Program-made: the position numbers and the translations under genes
DNA from: Zootoca vivipara
Lineage: Eukaryota
NCBI RefSeq assembly: GCF_963506605.1
Contig: NC_083289.1
Location: 44,144,001 to 44,208,000 of the forward strand
Direction of reading: 5' to 3'
Length of the DNA: 64,000 bases
Notes under the pieces: model-generated
Database searches by the model: none
Told to the model about the DNA's origin: nothing
Seen by the model: the letters and a program-made list of their open reading frames with translations, nothing else
Shown: in pieces, positions 1-11,071 of the stretch
Layout: every line of letters starts with the position of its first letter
Numbering within the stretch: the stretch's first letter is position 1

Positions 1-386
1 AGTGCAGGAGAGCATGTTCAACAGATTTTGTTGCTCCAGCTCCACACAAGCACAGTCGTTCATTTCCTGGGTTTTTTGCTGAATTGTCTTTCTAACAGTG
101 CCAAAGGCAGCAAATTACAATGAGGAAAGTTAAATGCTCTCCTATACTTTGAGACAGTTAATGCACAAAGTATAAAGCTGCCATGATTCTACAGTTTAAT
201 GAGTTATTAAGAAGTGGAGAACAATTATTTGTTAGCTGCAGTTATCAGATGCTGTTGATCTAAGTCTACTGTTCTTTGAATAACAACGTTGGCCTTCTTT
301 AGCCCATAAATGCCCAAAATGTCAGGAGAGAAGCCCAGCTTATAAATATTCTACTTATTAACCTCTCTCATCCAATGATGAACAAG

Positions 387-476
387 CATAGCTGCCAAGT
401 TATCCCTTTTTTACAGGGATTTTCCCTTATGCTGAATAGGCTTCCTCGCGAGAAAAGCGAAAACTTGGCAGCTATG
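387..476. mobile_element. 90-bp hAT-type MITE
   Basis: TIR CATAGCTGCCAAGTT; 8-bp TSD TGAACAAG. Confidence 0.9.
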
Positions 477-679
477 TGAACAAGAGAGCCCAAGAACAAA
501 AAGGAGAGAAAGCCACCAGGAGCTACTGAAAAAGTGTAAATTTCAGGGCACCATGAAAACGAAAGCTTAATGAATTTAGAACAGGGTGTTGCCTCTTCAA
601 CATTTTGAAGACAGACTCAGATCATAGGTAAAGCAGTCAGTAAGCAGAGTGTAGAAGGGAAGGCATCCTTGCTTCCACT

Positions 680-1950
680 TGGAGCAGATCACAGATCTTA
701 TCCACAGGTTGTTATATCCCCAACAGTCTTTCCCTGGTGAACAACCTGGCTGCTGAATTCTACACCAGCTGAAGTTTCCGAACCATCACGTAAAATGCAC
801 TGCGGTAATCTAACCTAGGGGACGTGGGTGGCACTGTGGGTTAAACTACAGAGCCTAGGACTTGCCGATCAGAAGGTCGGCAGTTTGAATCCCTGCGATG
901 GGGTGAGCTGCAGTTGCTCAGTCCCAGCTCCTGCCAACCTAGCAGTTTGAAAGCACGTCAAAGTGCAGGTAGATAAATAGGTACCACTCCAGCGGGAAGG
1001 TAAATGGCGTTTCCGTGCGCTGCTCTGGTTCACCAGAAGCAGCTTAGTCATGCTGGCCACATAACCCGGAAGCTGTACGCCAGCTGCCTTGGCCAATAAA
1101 GCGAGATGAGTGCCGCAACCCCAGAGTCGGTCACAACTGGACCTAATGGTCAGGGGTCCCTTTACCTTGACAGATGACAGAAGGTAGCCTATCCCTGTCC
1201 AGATAGGGGCACAAGCTGGGCCACCAGCCAAAGCTGATGGAAGACACTCTGCACCACTGACGCCACCTGAGCCTCAAGAGACAGCAATGGATCCGGAAGA
1301 ACCCCCAAGCTGCGAACACGCTCCTTCAGAGGAAGTGGAACCCCATCATCAGCAGGCCACCTCCCATCCATCCCGTCTACGGAACCACCCACTAACAGTG
1401 CCTCAATCTTATCTGGACTGAATTCAGTTTATTGGCTCTCATCCACTCATCCATTACTGAGGTGAGACATTGGTCCAGTACATCCATTGTCACACTTGCA
1501 GAAGTGAAGGAGAAGTAGAGCTGTGTCCAAAACTCCGGATGACTGCGCTCAGCGGTTTCATGTAGATGTGAAACAGCTTGAGGGATAAGACTGAACCACA
1601 AGGAACCCTGCATTGAATGCTCCATGGGACTGAACAGCACTCCCCAAGCATCATATTCTGGAAACAACCATCCAAGTAGGATTGCAACTACCACAAAGCA
1701 GTGCTATTCACCCCCAACTCATATAGCTACTCCAGAAGGATACCATGGTTGATGGTATTGAAGGTCACTTGAGAGGTCAAGGAGAATTAACAGGGTAAGA
1801 TTTCTCTTGTTTTTCTCCCGACAAAGGTCATCATACAGTGCAACTCAAGCAGTTTCTGTGCCAAAACCGGGCCTAAATCCCAACTGAAATGCATCTAGAA
1901 AAATCAGTTTCCTCAAAGAGTGCCTGGATCCGATCTGTGACAACTGTATT
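680..1950 (-). mobile_element. Degraded L2 LINE RT fragment (interrupted by a SINE)
   Basis: WMRANKL, VRSLGVL.D..LSLEAQV and FHIYMKPL motifs with frameshifts. Confidence 0.75.
818..1168 (+). mobile_element. Sauria SINE (inserted into an L2 fragment)
   Basis: tRNA-like head with A/B boxes, shared body, ACCTTT-type tail; six related copies in the window. Confidence 0.9.
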
Positions 1951-1962
1951 AAGGCCTTAGAA

Positions 1963-2093
1963 CAGGCATCCCCAAACTCGGCCCTCCAGATGTTTTGGGA
2001 CTACAACTCCCATCATCCCTAGCTAGCAGGACCAGTGGTCAGAGATGATGGGAATTGTAGTCCCATTTGGAGGGCCAAGTTTGGGGATGCCTG
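1963..2093. mobile_element. Palindromic hAT-type MITE
   Basis: TIR CAGGCATCCCCAAACT; TSD CCTTA(G/A)AA. Confidence 0.88.
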
Positions 2094-2271
2094 CCTTAAA
2101 ACTTTATATCCTGCTGCACTCCTTACTGCAGGAGATTTCAATGCATGCAAAGGAGCAATGATTTAAGTTTATAAGTCCATTACCACCCGATATGGGAATC
2201 AGATACTTGCATTCATTGGGACGGTTTCCAAAGGTACACAATGTTAATTATGTAGGACTCTGTTTAGTTTC

Positions 2272-2580
2272 GGGACGCCGGTGGCGCTGTGGGTCGAATC
2301 CCCACGACGGGTTGAGCTCCCGCTGCTCGGTCCCAGCTCCTGCCAACCTAGCAGTTCGAAAGCACGTCAAAGTACAAATAGATAAATAGGTAAGGCAGGA
2401 AGGTAAACAGCGTTTCCGTGTGCTGCTCTGGTTCGCCAGAAGCGGCTTTGTCATGCTGGCCACATGACCTGGAAGCTGTACGCCGACTCCCTCAGACAAT
2501 AACGCGAGATGAGCGCTGCAACCCCAGAGTCGGTCACGACTGGGCCTAATGGTCAGGGATCCTTTTACCTTTACCTGTAC
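2272..2580 (+). mobile_element. Sauria SINE with a deletion in the head
   Basis: 12-bp TSD CTGTTTAGTTTC (2260 and 2581); ACCTTT tail. Confidence 0.9.
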
Positions 2581-2869
2581 CTGTTTAGTTTCATTTACAA
2601 GGCAGGGGGATTTGAGAATACTAAATGCTACTGCTGATGGAGATCAGCATGGGGAACATACGCATTTTTCAAAATATGGTGGCAACACAATTGATTATGC
2701 AGCATTTTCACAATTAGCATATAGATATGCTGCCCATGTTGAGGCCGGCTCCAATATTTACCGCTCTGACACGGACATGCTTAGTTGGCAGTAATGCCAG
2801 TTTAGAAACTTCCTCTAATAAAGATCGAGATGAGAACTTTAGTTTTGTGAGGATGCCAGAAAGGTGGTT

Positions 2870-3780
2870 GCCTGTCCATCTGGCTGTGTTTCCCCAGCCA
2901 CTCTGGGCGGCTTCCAACAAAAGATTAAAAATACATTAAAACATCAGTCATTCAAAACTTCCCTAAACAGGGCTGCCGTCAGATGACTTCTAAATGTCAT
3001 ATACAGTAGTTGTTTATCTCTTTGACATCTGATGGGAGGGCGTTCCATAGGGTGGGCGCCCCTACCGAGAAGGCCCTCTGCCTGGTTCCCTGTAACATCA
3101 CTTCTCACAGTGAGGGAACAGTCAGAAGGCCCTTGACAATGGGGCATAGCTGCAAAGTTTTCCCTTTTCTCACGAGGAAGCCTATTCAGCATAAGGGAAT
3201 TTCCCTTTAAAAAAGGGATAACTTGGCAGCTATGCAATGGGGGTGGAGACGCTCCTTCAGGTATACTGGGCCAAGGCCATTTAGGGCTGAAAAGGTCAGC
3301 ACCAACACTTTGAATTGTGCCCAGAAATGTACTGGGAGCCAATTTAGGTCTTTCAGGACTGGTCTCAGCAGTCACTCCCAGTTACCAGTCTAGCTGCCAC
3401 ATTCTGGATTAGTTGTAGTTTCCAGGTCACCTTCAAAGGTAGCCCCACGTAGAGCGCATTGCAGTAGTCCAAGCGAGAGATAACTAGAGCATGCACCACT
3501 CTGGTGAGACAGTCCGCGGGCAGGTAGGGTCTCAGCCTGTGTACCAGATGGAGCTGGCAGACAGCTGCCCTGGACACAGAATTGACCTGCGCCTCCATGG
3601 ACAGCTGTGAGTCCAAAATGACTCCCAGGCTGCGCACCTGGTCCTTCAGGGGCACAGTTACCCCATTCAGGACCAGGAAGCCCCCCACACCCACCCGCCC
3701 CGTTCCCCAAAAACAATACTTCTGTCTTGTCAGGATTCAACCTCAATCTGTTAGCTGCCATCCGTCCTCCAACCGCCTCC
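2870..3780 (-). mobile_element. L2 LINE 3' fragment
   Basis: MAANRLRLNPDKTEVL, VVHALVISRLDYCNALYVGLPLK; 3' UTR shared with the copies at 5768, 6950 and 45580. Confidence 0.85.
3145..3234. mobile_element. 90-bp hAT-type MITE (same family, opposite orientation) nested in L2
   Basis: 8-bp TSD CAATGGGG. Confidence 0.9.
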
Positions 3781-3994
3781 CTAGATTCCTAGCTACCTTA
3801 CTGAATTATAGAATTCAGCCCACTGGTTGGGAGTTAACCAGTTAGAACAGGAGTGAAACCTCTTTACAGACACACCCTTATTTACAGTCCTTGACTCAAA
3901 TAGCAGCTCGTTACTGCTTTGCCCCAGAACTTGCTTTAGAATTCCAGACAGGTACGCACAGAAAGGTTTCCTCTTACTTTTAAACCATTACATC

Positions 3995-4579
3995 CATGGG
4001 CGTACCCAGGATCAAAACTAGGGGGGGGGGCAAGGGGAGGGGCCAAGGCACAGAAGGGGAGGGGCCACAAAGTGGGCGGGAACGGCGAACTCGCGCTCCG
4101 CCGGGCTGTGCCCCTCCCTAGAAGCAGGGCTGGTGGGCGGAGGCGGAGCCCAGCCCAGCGGAGCGCGAGTTCAGAGTTCCCGCCCGCCGCGCTGCGCTCT
4201 CTGGTTCCCCGCCGCGCTTGGCCTTGCCAGAGGGCGCGATGGGGAGCTGGAGGGAGGGCGCAGCGCGGCGGGCGGGAACGGCGAACTCGCGCTCCGCCGG
4301 GCTGTGCCCCTCCCTAGAAGCAGGGCTGGTGGGCGGAGGCGGAGCCCAGCCCAGCGGAGCGCGAGTTCGGCGTTCCCGCCCACCGCGCCACACTCCCTGG
4401 TTCCCCGCCGCGTTTGGCCTTGCCTGAGGGCGCGCCGGGGAGCTGGAGGGAGGGTGCGGCGCAGCACGGCGGGAATGGCGAACTCGCGCTCCGCCGGGCT
4501 GTGCTCCGCCTCTGCCCACCAGCCCTGCTTCTAGAGTAGGGCAGCTGCCCTAACTTGCCCCGTGGTGGGTACGCCCTTG
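3995..4579. mobile_element. Non-autonomous hAT-type element with internal GC-rich ~196-bp tandem repeat
   Basis: TIRs CATGGGCGTACCC / GGGTACGCCCTTG; perfect 8-bp TSD ATTACATC. Confidence 0.88.
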
Positions 4580-4755
4580 ATTACATCAGTGCAACACAAG
4601 AAAGACCAGAGTTCCCAGGGGAATAAGTACAACTTCTACATGAGCTCAATTGCTAAAAAACCCTTTTTAAAAAAATTAAGCAGTGCTTATTTTCCCCAGG
4701 TAGTGCCTAGTTCATTACTGACAACATTAATATGTTGTTTAGCAGCAAATCTTAC

Positions 4756-4850
4756 CAGATCACCCTGATGAAAAGTTCAAAGGCTCCTGGGAAGACAAAG
4801 TCGTCACTTCCAATGGCCCAGCGCCTTCCAAACATCACCATCCCAGGCAT
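4756..4850 (-). CDS. DAGLB: Diacylglycerol lipase beta, first coding exon (95 nt); remaining exons lie left of the window
   Basis: Translates [31 protein letters not shown](W), matching the DAGLB N-terminus as recalled; donor TG|gtaag at 4755; acceptor ttctccttcag 30 nt upstream of the ATG (exon 4756-4880); DAGLB is the known neighbour of KDELR2. Confidence 0.95.
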
Positions 4851-5766
4851 TGTGGATGCACTGGTGTGGATCCTCAGCTTCTGAAGGAGAACATACAAAC
4901 ACTATAGAATCTTGCGAGTATACATTTCCTGCCCAAATATAAACATCTATTTTGTTGTACGTTGAAACCAATTTGAGTCCACTTTATCAGGATTTGAACC
5001 GACTCTCCTCCCTCCCCCAATCAATAGTACTGGTCAATTTTTAGATGTAATGGCATACGGCAGTGGTTTTCAACCAGTGTGTTGTGGCACCCTGGGGTGC
5101 CCTGAATGATGGTCAGGGGTGCCGCAGGCAACACTGGCCTCTGTCCTTCCCTCCTCCTCTGGTGCCTTCTTGCGTCTCGGCCTCCCAAAGGCTTGCACAG
5201 CTGATCGTTGCAGCAGCCCTGACTACAAGCTCCCCAAGCAAATGGTGCCTCTGGGGCTGATCAGGGGTGCTTCCCAGGCGGCCCCTGTGGGGCAGTGAGG
5301 CACCTCTCTTTGGGGCAGAGGGGGGAGCTCAGAGCTGCAGCTGCCCAGAGGACTCCCAAGGAGAGGGGAGAGGAGAGGAGGCTGAGGGAACACTCCACAA
5401 GGGAGGGTGTTTGAAAAAGGGCGAGAGGCTGCCAACTCTGCAGGCAAGGGCTGACATAACTGGGCTCCTGATCCCCACAGGGGTGCCACAGAAAGGTCAA
5501 GGGAGCCGTGGACTCAGAATGGCATCCTGTACCTGTTCTTTTTTCCTATCCAATCTGCCCCTGTAAAATCACCCAGGCTACTTTCACAGTCTAAAAGCCT
5601 TCCTTCCCTTCCATACATTTTGCACTGTCAGGATCACCTTCCCAGGATCACAACATCTTGAATTACCTCTCACTTGCTCTCCTGATCACCATCAACCAAA
5701 ATCTCCATTAACTGCCTTAATATTACCACACATTTGATTGAAAAAGCTCCAGAGAAGCCCCACTGC

Positions 5767-5767
<1 letters not shown>

Positions 5768-5798
<31 letters not shown>

Positions 5799-5910
5799 TA
5801 TTTACCGTATACCCCGCCCATCTGGTTGGGTTTCCCCAGCCACTCTGGGCGGCTTCCAACAAAATATTAAAATACAATAGTCCGTCAAACGTGAAAAGCT
5901 TCCCTAAAGG
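5768..5910 (-). mobile_element. L2-type 3' end with (TAT)n tail
   Basis: Matches 2870-2975 and 6950-7137. Confidence 0.7.
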
Positions 5911-6451
5911 GGAGACTTTCTCCAAAACATGAATACTGTACATCCCATTTAAGAGAGTCACCTTAAACACCAAGGCCTTATTGTGGCATATGCTTTTCTG
6001 GATCAAAGCAGCCTTTAGTCTATGAAAGGTTATAGCAACTATGTTAGCCTTTAAGGAGCCACAAGACTCTTAGTCTGTTACAGCTCGTCAAAGAGCCTCA
6101 TAGCACAAGCTTTCAGGGACCAGAGTCCACGTTAAGCCAGTTAATCTTTCATGTCCCACAAGCCTCTTTGTTGCATTTACTGCAACCGACTTAACAGTTG
6201 CGATCTTGTGTATACACTTGCTTGGCAGCAAGCTCCAGGAAGTGCAATGGGGCTTCCTTTCCTCTCGCAGGCTCAGGCTTGTAGCACAAACTTTCACCGG
6301 CAAGAGCAACCTTTCATAAGCCCACAAGTGCTTCTTCTGCCACAATTACACCACTCATTCTCATGCTGCCACAACACACTCTTTTCTTTTTTAATGTGCA
6401 GGTGTGCGTTTTAAATGTTATTATATGTTAAGTGTTGTGGTACTGCTTATA

Positions 6452-6531
6452 CAGGGTGAGTCCTTTAAAAGAGGCCCTGTGGAGACAGAGGACACATGTT
6501 CCACGGGGTCTCTTTTAAAAGACTCACCCTG
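6452..6531. mobile_element. 80-bp mariner-type MITE
   Basis: Near-perfect palindrome CAGGGTGAGTC...GACTCACCCTG flanked by TA. Confidence 0.85.
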
Positions 6532-6734
6532 TAGATGCCCTCTCCCGTTCCCCAAACCCTCTGCTGGGCCCAGCCCTTGCCACACCAACACCCCTCTGGG
6601 GAAATGAAGAAACCACACTTTCACCATGCAAACAAGGGCCCCTGCTTTACTCATGTGATGTGCAGAGATGCTCCTAACCTATTCCCACCTAGAGAGCTCC
6701 TTAACCCATTTCCATCTAAACAGCCCCCTGACCT

Positions 6735-6840
6735 GTTGTTGTTGTTTAGTCATTTAGTCGTGTCCGACTCTTTGTGACCCCATGGACCAGAGCACGCCAG
6801 GCATTCCTGTCTTCCACTGCCTCCCGCAGTTTGGTCAAAC
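6735..6840 (-). mobile_element. Bov-B/RTE LINE 3' end
   Basis: AGTCGTGTCCGACTCTTTGTGACCCCATGGAC motif, (CAA)n tail, TGACCT flanking duplication. Confidence 0.75.
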
Positions 6841-6949
6841 TGACCTATTCCCGCCTAAAGATTCCCCAAACCCATTCCTGCTTAGAAATTCCCCTAACCT
6901 ATTCCCAACTAGAGAGCCTGTTAACCCATTCCTGCCTAAAGAGCCCCCT

Positions 6950-7089
6950 ACCAGACTTTTCAAAGACATCTGAAGGCAGCCCTGTTTAGGGAAGCTTTTA
7001 ATGTTTAATAGATTATTGTATTTTAATATTGTGTTGGAAGCTGCCCAGAGTGGCTAGGGAAACCCAGCCAGATGGGCGGGGTATAAATA

Positions 7090-7137
<48 letters not shown>
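6950..7137 (+). mobile_element. L2-type 3' end with (TAT)n tail, inserted in a minisatellite
   Basis: Reverse-complement match to 2870-3000. Confidence 0.7.
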
Positions 7138-7138
<1 letters not shown>

Positions 7139-7259
7139 TATTCCTGCCTGGAAAGCCCCCTAACCTATTTTCGCCTAGAGAGCCCCTTAACCCATTCCCA
7201 CCTAAACAGCCCCCTAACCTATTCCTGCCTAGAAAGCCCCCATACCTATTCCAGTTACA

Positions 7260-7700
7260 TCCGGGGACTGCACCCCACCTCCCGCCAAAAAGCCCCCTTT
7301 CAAGTCTCCCTCACCCAAGAAGCTGCCCTTGCCACAGCGCCCCCTACTGCGGCTCCAGAATTACCCGCCTCTTACCTGCTCCCCACCGGCTCCCTCTACG
7401 CCTCTCGCTCAAAAGCAGGTCACTTACTGACAACACGGCGTCATGACGCACTGACGTCCGCGCCGCGATTCCGGCTCCTACCTCTTACCGCCCCTGGCCA
7501 CTTTCATCTACGCACGCGCCCTCCTCGGGCACGTGGGGGTGTTTATTGCTGCCGCTGTTGTCGCGGGCGTTGGAGGACGAGCGTGCGCAGAGAAGAGGGG
7601 GCGGGGCTGCCGGGTCTTCATGCCAAAGAGGTACGCATTAAACGGAGAGGGTTCCATGCGGGCACACCGGTTCTGATTAGACGCCTCCATGCGCCGGATA
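7260..7700 (-). promoter_or_regulatory. CpG-island promoter of DAGLB
   Basis: High CpG density; CRE-like TGACGCA (7444) and TGACGTC (7452); E-box CACGTG (7530); GC box (7597-7606). Confidence 0.7.
7376..7500 (-). other. DAGLB: Probable non-coding exon 1 of DAGLB (5' boundary uncertain)
   Basis: CAG|gtaag donor at 7375 inside a CpG-rich island; the coding exon below it starts with a strong acceptor. Confidence 0.55.
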
Positions 7701-9934
7701 AATATTTGCCCAGGAATTTGTAGTCGACTTTTAAGGACAGCTTTCTCCAACCTGATGTTTTGGAAGACTCTTGAGCGGATGCTCCCAAACATCTGGAGGG
7801 CGCAAGGTTGGAAAAGGCTGATTAAAAAGAGGCAGGTTAGGGTTAGATAGACTGAGGCCCCCTTAGGATGCGTTGCTTCGCAAAAAAAAAAAAGTAATCG
7901 CAGGCACCCCACCCCAAAAAATGTAGCAAAGAAGTTTGAGAGAGGAGGATGGCTTTTCAATGGTACGTTTCGCTTTCCGCCTCCCCGACAGCTCTCATGC
8001 TGCAGTCCTAGTCGCGCTTTCCTGGGAGTAAGACATCAGTAAGACTCACTTTGGAGTAGGCATGACTTTCACCGTAAATTAACGCCTGCAAAGCGTTGTT
8101 GTGAAAAAGAACCGATTGCCTGCTTAAAGTCTTTGAATTAATTCTTTTGCATTTCTGCTGTTTGTGCCCCGCCCATGGGGAAGACTGCCAGCTGCAAATG
8201 GGAACCAGACGTTTTACCAGGGAACCGTGGAGAGCGCAACTCTTTGTCTGTATGCCCTTCCTTATTTAGACACATGCGTAGTACCATGGGGCGTCGCTGC
8301 AAGGAGAAGCGCCTGGCAAGGAATGGAGGGGAAAGACCCGTTGGGCCGTTTTGCTGCGGCTCCTGGTGGAAACTTCGATCCAGTACTGCCTCTCAGATGT
8401 TGCTTTGAGAACTCCACGAGGACTAGCGCCTTGGTTAATCCGCGTGGAGAACAAGATTGCACACTTGACCACTTCTATAACTCAAGCCCCATGTATGTTA
8501 ACTCAAGTCAGTTCAATGGGACTTGCACTCAACTGTCAACAGGGTGAAAATTTAATACACCTTTAGATGCCAGGCAAAAAGGTTCCTTTTCAACCAGGCC
8601 TTTGCCTGACTTGATCTACATCCTATACCCTTTTTAAAAATGCTGGCTCTTTTGGATTTTTTTTATTGAGTTGTTGGTTTTGTTTTTATGTATTTGATAT
8701 TTTATGTGAACCGCCCGGAGACCTTCGGGTATAGGGTGGTATAGAAAATTAAATAAATAGACCTTCCTGTTAACGGATAGGAGTTATTTCGAAATAATCA
8801 CACTGGGCTGCAACCTAGCATGATTACAGGAAGCAGAGTTGTTTTGCTGTGGGAAAGTTAGGGTGTAGAACTTGGGTGTTTATTCCCCCCATTTCAGTCA
8901 CTAATTCGGTTATGTCCAAATAGCCTCAAAATTCAGCCCTCTAACAAGTGTTTTGCTATTGGCATGCTTGACAGGTGTTTAACCATGTCTCGTAAATGCA
9001 GGAAGGAGTCACTTAAAATACAAATAAGTTTTGTTCAGCAGCCAGCCCTCAAGGCAGAGCGCGCTTGTGAAAATACAGCACATATCGTAACCCACAACAA
9101 TATACAAAGGGACATATAATCTGTCACTTTCAATAGAGCAGGCTTTTGAGACAGTTTGTGCTGTCAAAAGTTACTCAGTTTATCTGCAAGGTTGCAATTT
9201 CATTTTGCTGCTTCTTCACTCTACTCAGCCCACCAGTCTTTTGACAGATGTTTCTACCTAAACCATACATTTAATAAATGCAACACAGCAGTATAGTCAG
9301 AAAATATATTTTAAACAAAAATTAGACATCTACATGAGTAAGGAGGTTTGAGACTCGGGGACTGCATTTTTCCAGATTAGTTTCCAGGTATGATTGAAGC
9401 TTTCACATAGTCTTTGCAGCATTTGCCTCCATTCTTTGATTACTTCCAATAATTGATTTCCTTCCCCCATTTTGGAGAAGTCTCGGGGAAAGTATTAATG
9501 AGCAAAGTTGGGGAGAGAAGAGAGAAATATGTCTCGATAGTTTGTTTAGACTTCTCCAGCATCTGAGTAGGAAACCCCATTTGGCTAACTATGCCCAAAT
9601 CCAAATGTCTCATTTATTAGGGAATTCTGTGCTTTAAAAACTGATGATTACAGGTGATTATGCACATATTTAAATAGGCTGGTAATTAACAGTGTAGATG
9701 AAATGGCTTGTATATATTTCTCAGGAATTATTTTTTCAATTTCTCTTTTGTGGCTCTTACTAATGCAGTGAAATACTCATAACTGTCAAGATTTGAGGGC
9801 ATTTGTGTCTTTAGATGCAAAGCTCTTTTGTTTTTATAAGTCAGCACAATCAAATTATTTTTAAAGAATTACATTGCTACAACCAATCTTAAAGAAAAGT
9901 TGTAGAGACTTAGTTCCAGAACACCACCACAATG

Positions 9935-11036
9935 TATACCACTTCATAAAATGTTTATTTAGGATGGTAACACAGGATAAGTCATGCAACAGCTCAGTAA
10001 AAAAGGGAATCATGTAAAGTTGATGAAGTATAGTACTTGGTGCTGCTGATTCAGGAACAAGTTTATAAAAAAATCACACTCATTGTCCAAAACTGGTACA
10101 TCTAGAACTGCTTAAAGGCTGAACATGGATATTACTTGTAAAAGTATTTGTATTAAAAAAAAGTTGTAGACAGTTAAAAATTGCCACCTAAAGATTACTT
10201 CAATTGGACAACTATCACAGGTTCATCCTTACAGCTGCAACACTAAGGCTGCTGTGAATGAAAGTAGAACTTTATGCACTCAAAAAATGAGGAACCATTT
10301 TATCCTGAATGAAAAAAAAATGTCTTCTGCTAAACCACAAAAGCAAAGAAATCTATATTAAAAAACCTGCATTGGCACCAAATACTCTCAAGCTGATGTA
10401 TTCAGAAGGTTAAGAGAAGTATCAGACAATATGCACTGGCAGACACTATAGGAGAATGATTATTATTTTAAAATGGAGTAATTAGAACTAAGGACATTCA
10501 TGAAATGGTGACATCCTACCATTAGAATTTTGTCATTTATAGTTTGATTTCAGTTGACACACTATGTTCAACTTTTTAGGGGGTAAATAAATACAGTGGG
10601 ATGAAATTTGAAATCAAGAGAGAAGAACGGTTACCATCCATCAGTCTGCACACACCTGTGTGCACCGAAACAAGTCAGTAATTCAAAAAGAATCATTTGA
10701 AAATAAGAAGTGTTTGCACTTATTCCTGGTCATAAACAACCCCACAAAATCTCACTTTTGGAACTATTCCAATTGAAACTACACACTGAATTAAATTCAC
10801 ACAGTATTAAGTTTCTTTATGTAAAAAATCTTTATACATAGTAATAAAAAAAGATAAAGGCAAGATGCATCAAACAGAAGTCAGCTGGTTGTTCTCTGGT
10901 CCTATACAGCCCACCAATGATTCTTGCAAGAGATGTGGGAGACTGTCTGTTTCAAGCATCTTCACCTTTCGCTTGTGGTAAGGATTGTTCTGTCTAAGCA
11001 TCCAGGATGGCAGATGCTGGCGATTAGTTTTGGCAC
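9935..11036 (-). other. KDELR2: KDELR2 3' UTR to a candidate polyadenylation site
   Basis: AT-rich, apparently repeat-free stretch after the stop; AATAAA at 9959-9954 followed by a GT-rich downstream element; distal sites (e.g. ~9613) are possible. Confidence 0.55.
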
Positions 11037-11071
11037 TTACGCTGGCAAACTGAGCTTCTTTCCCTTGAGTA
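11037..11071 (-). CDS. KDELR2: KDELR2 exon 5 coding part with stop
   Basis: (V)[13 protein letters not shown] after a T-rich acceptor. Confidence 0.95.

Larger units (their letters stand above)
6670..7252. repeat. ~31-bp minisatellite (CCTAACCTATTCC..CCTAGAGAGCCC-like), interrupted by two retroposon ends
   Basis: About ten imperfect units at 6670-6730, 6841-6950 and 7138-7252. Confidence 0.8.

Noticed and set aside
4072-4534. Overlapping Arg/Gly/Pro-rich ORFs on both strands
   Set aside because: Products of a GC-rich tandem repeat inside a transposon, with few stop codons by composition
1-4755. DAGLB second coding exon
   Set aside because: No matching exon found by eye; it presumably lies left of the window
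4073-7252. CRISPR-like repeat arrays
   Set aside because: Vertebrate DNA; the repeats are contiguous tandem units without unique spacers, and there are no cas genes
8164-8566. Small gene between DAGLB and KDELR2
   Set aside because: Non-ATG starts or short ORFs, no recognisable homology, and it runs into repeat-like sequence
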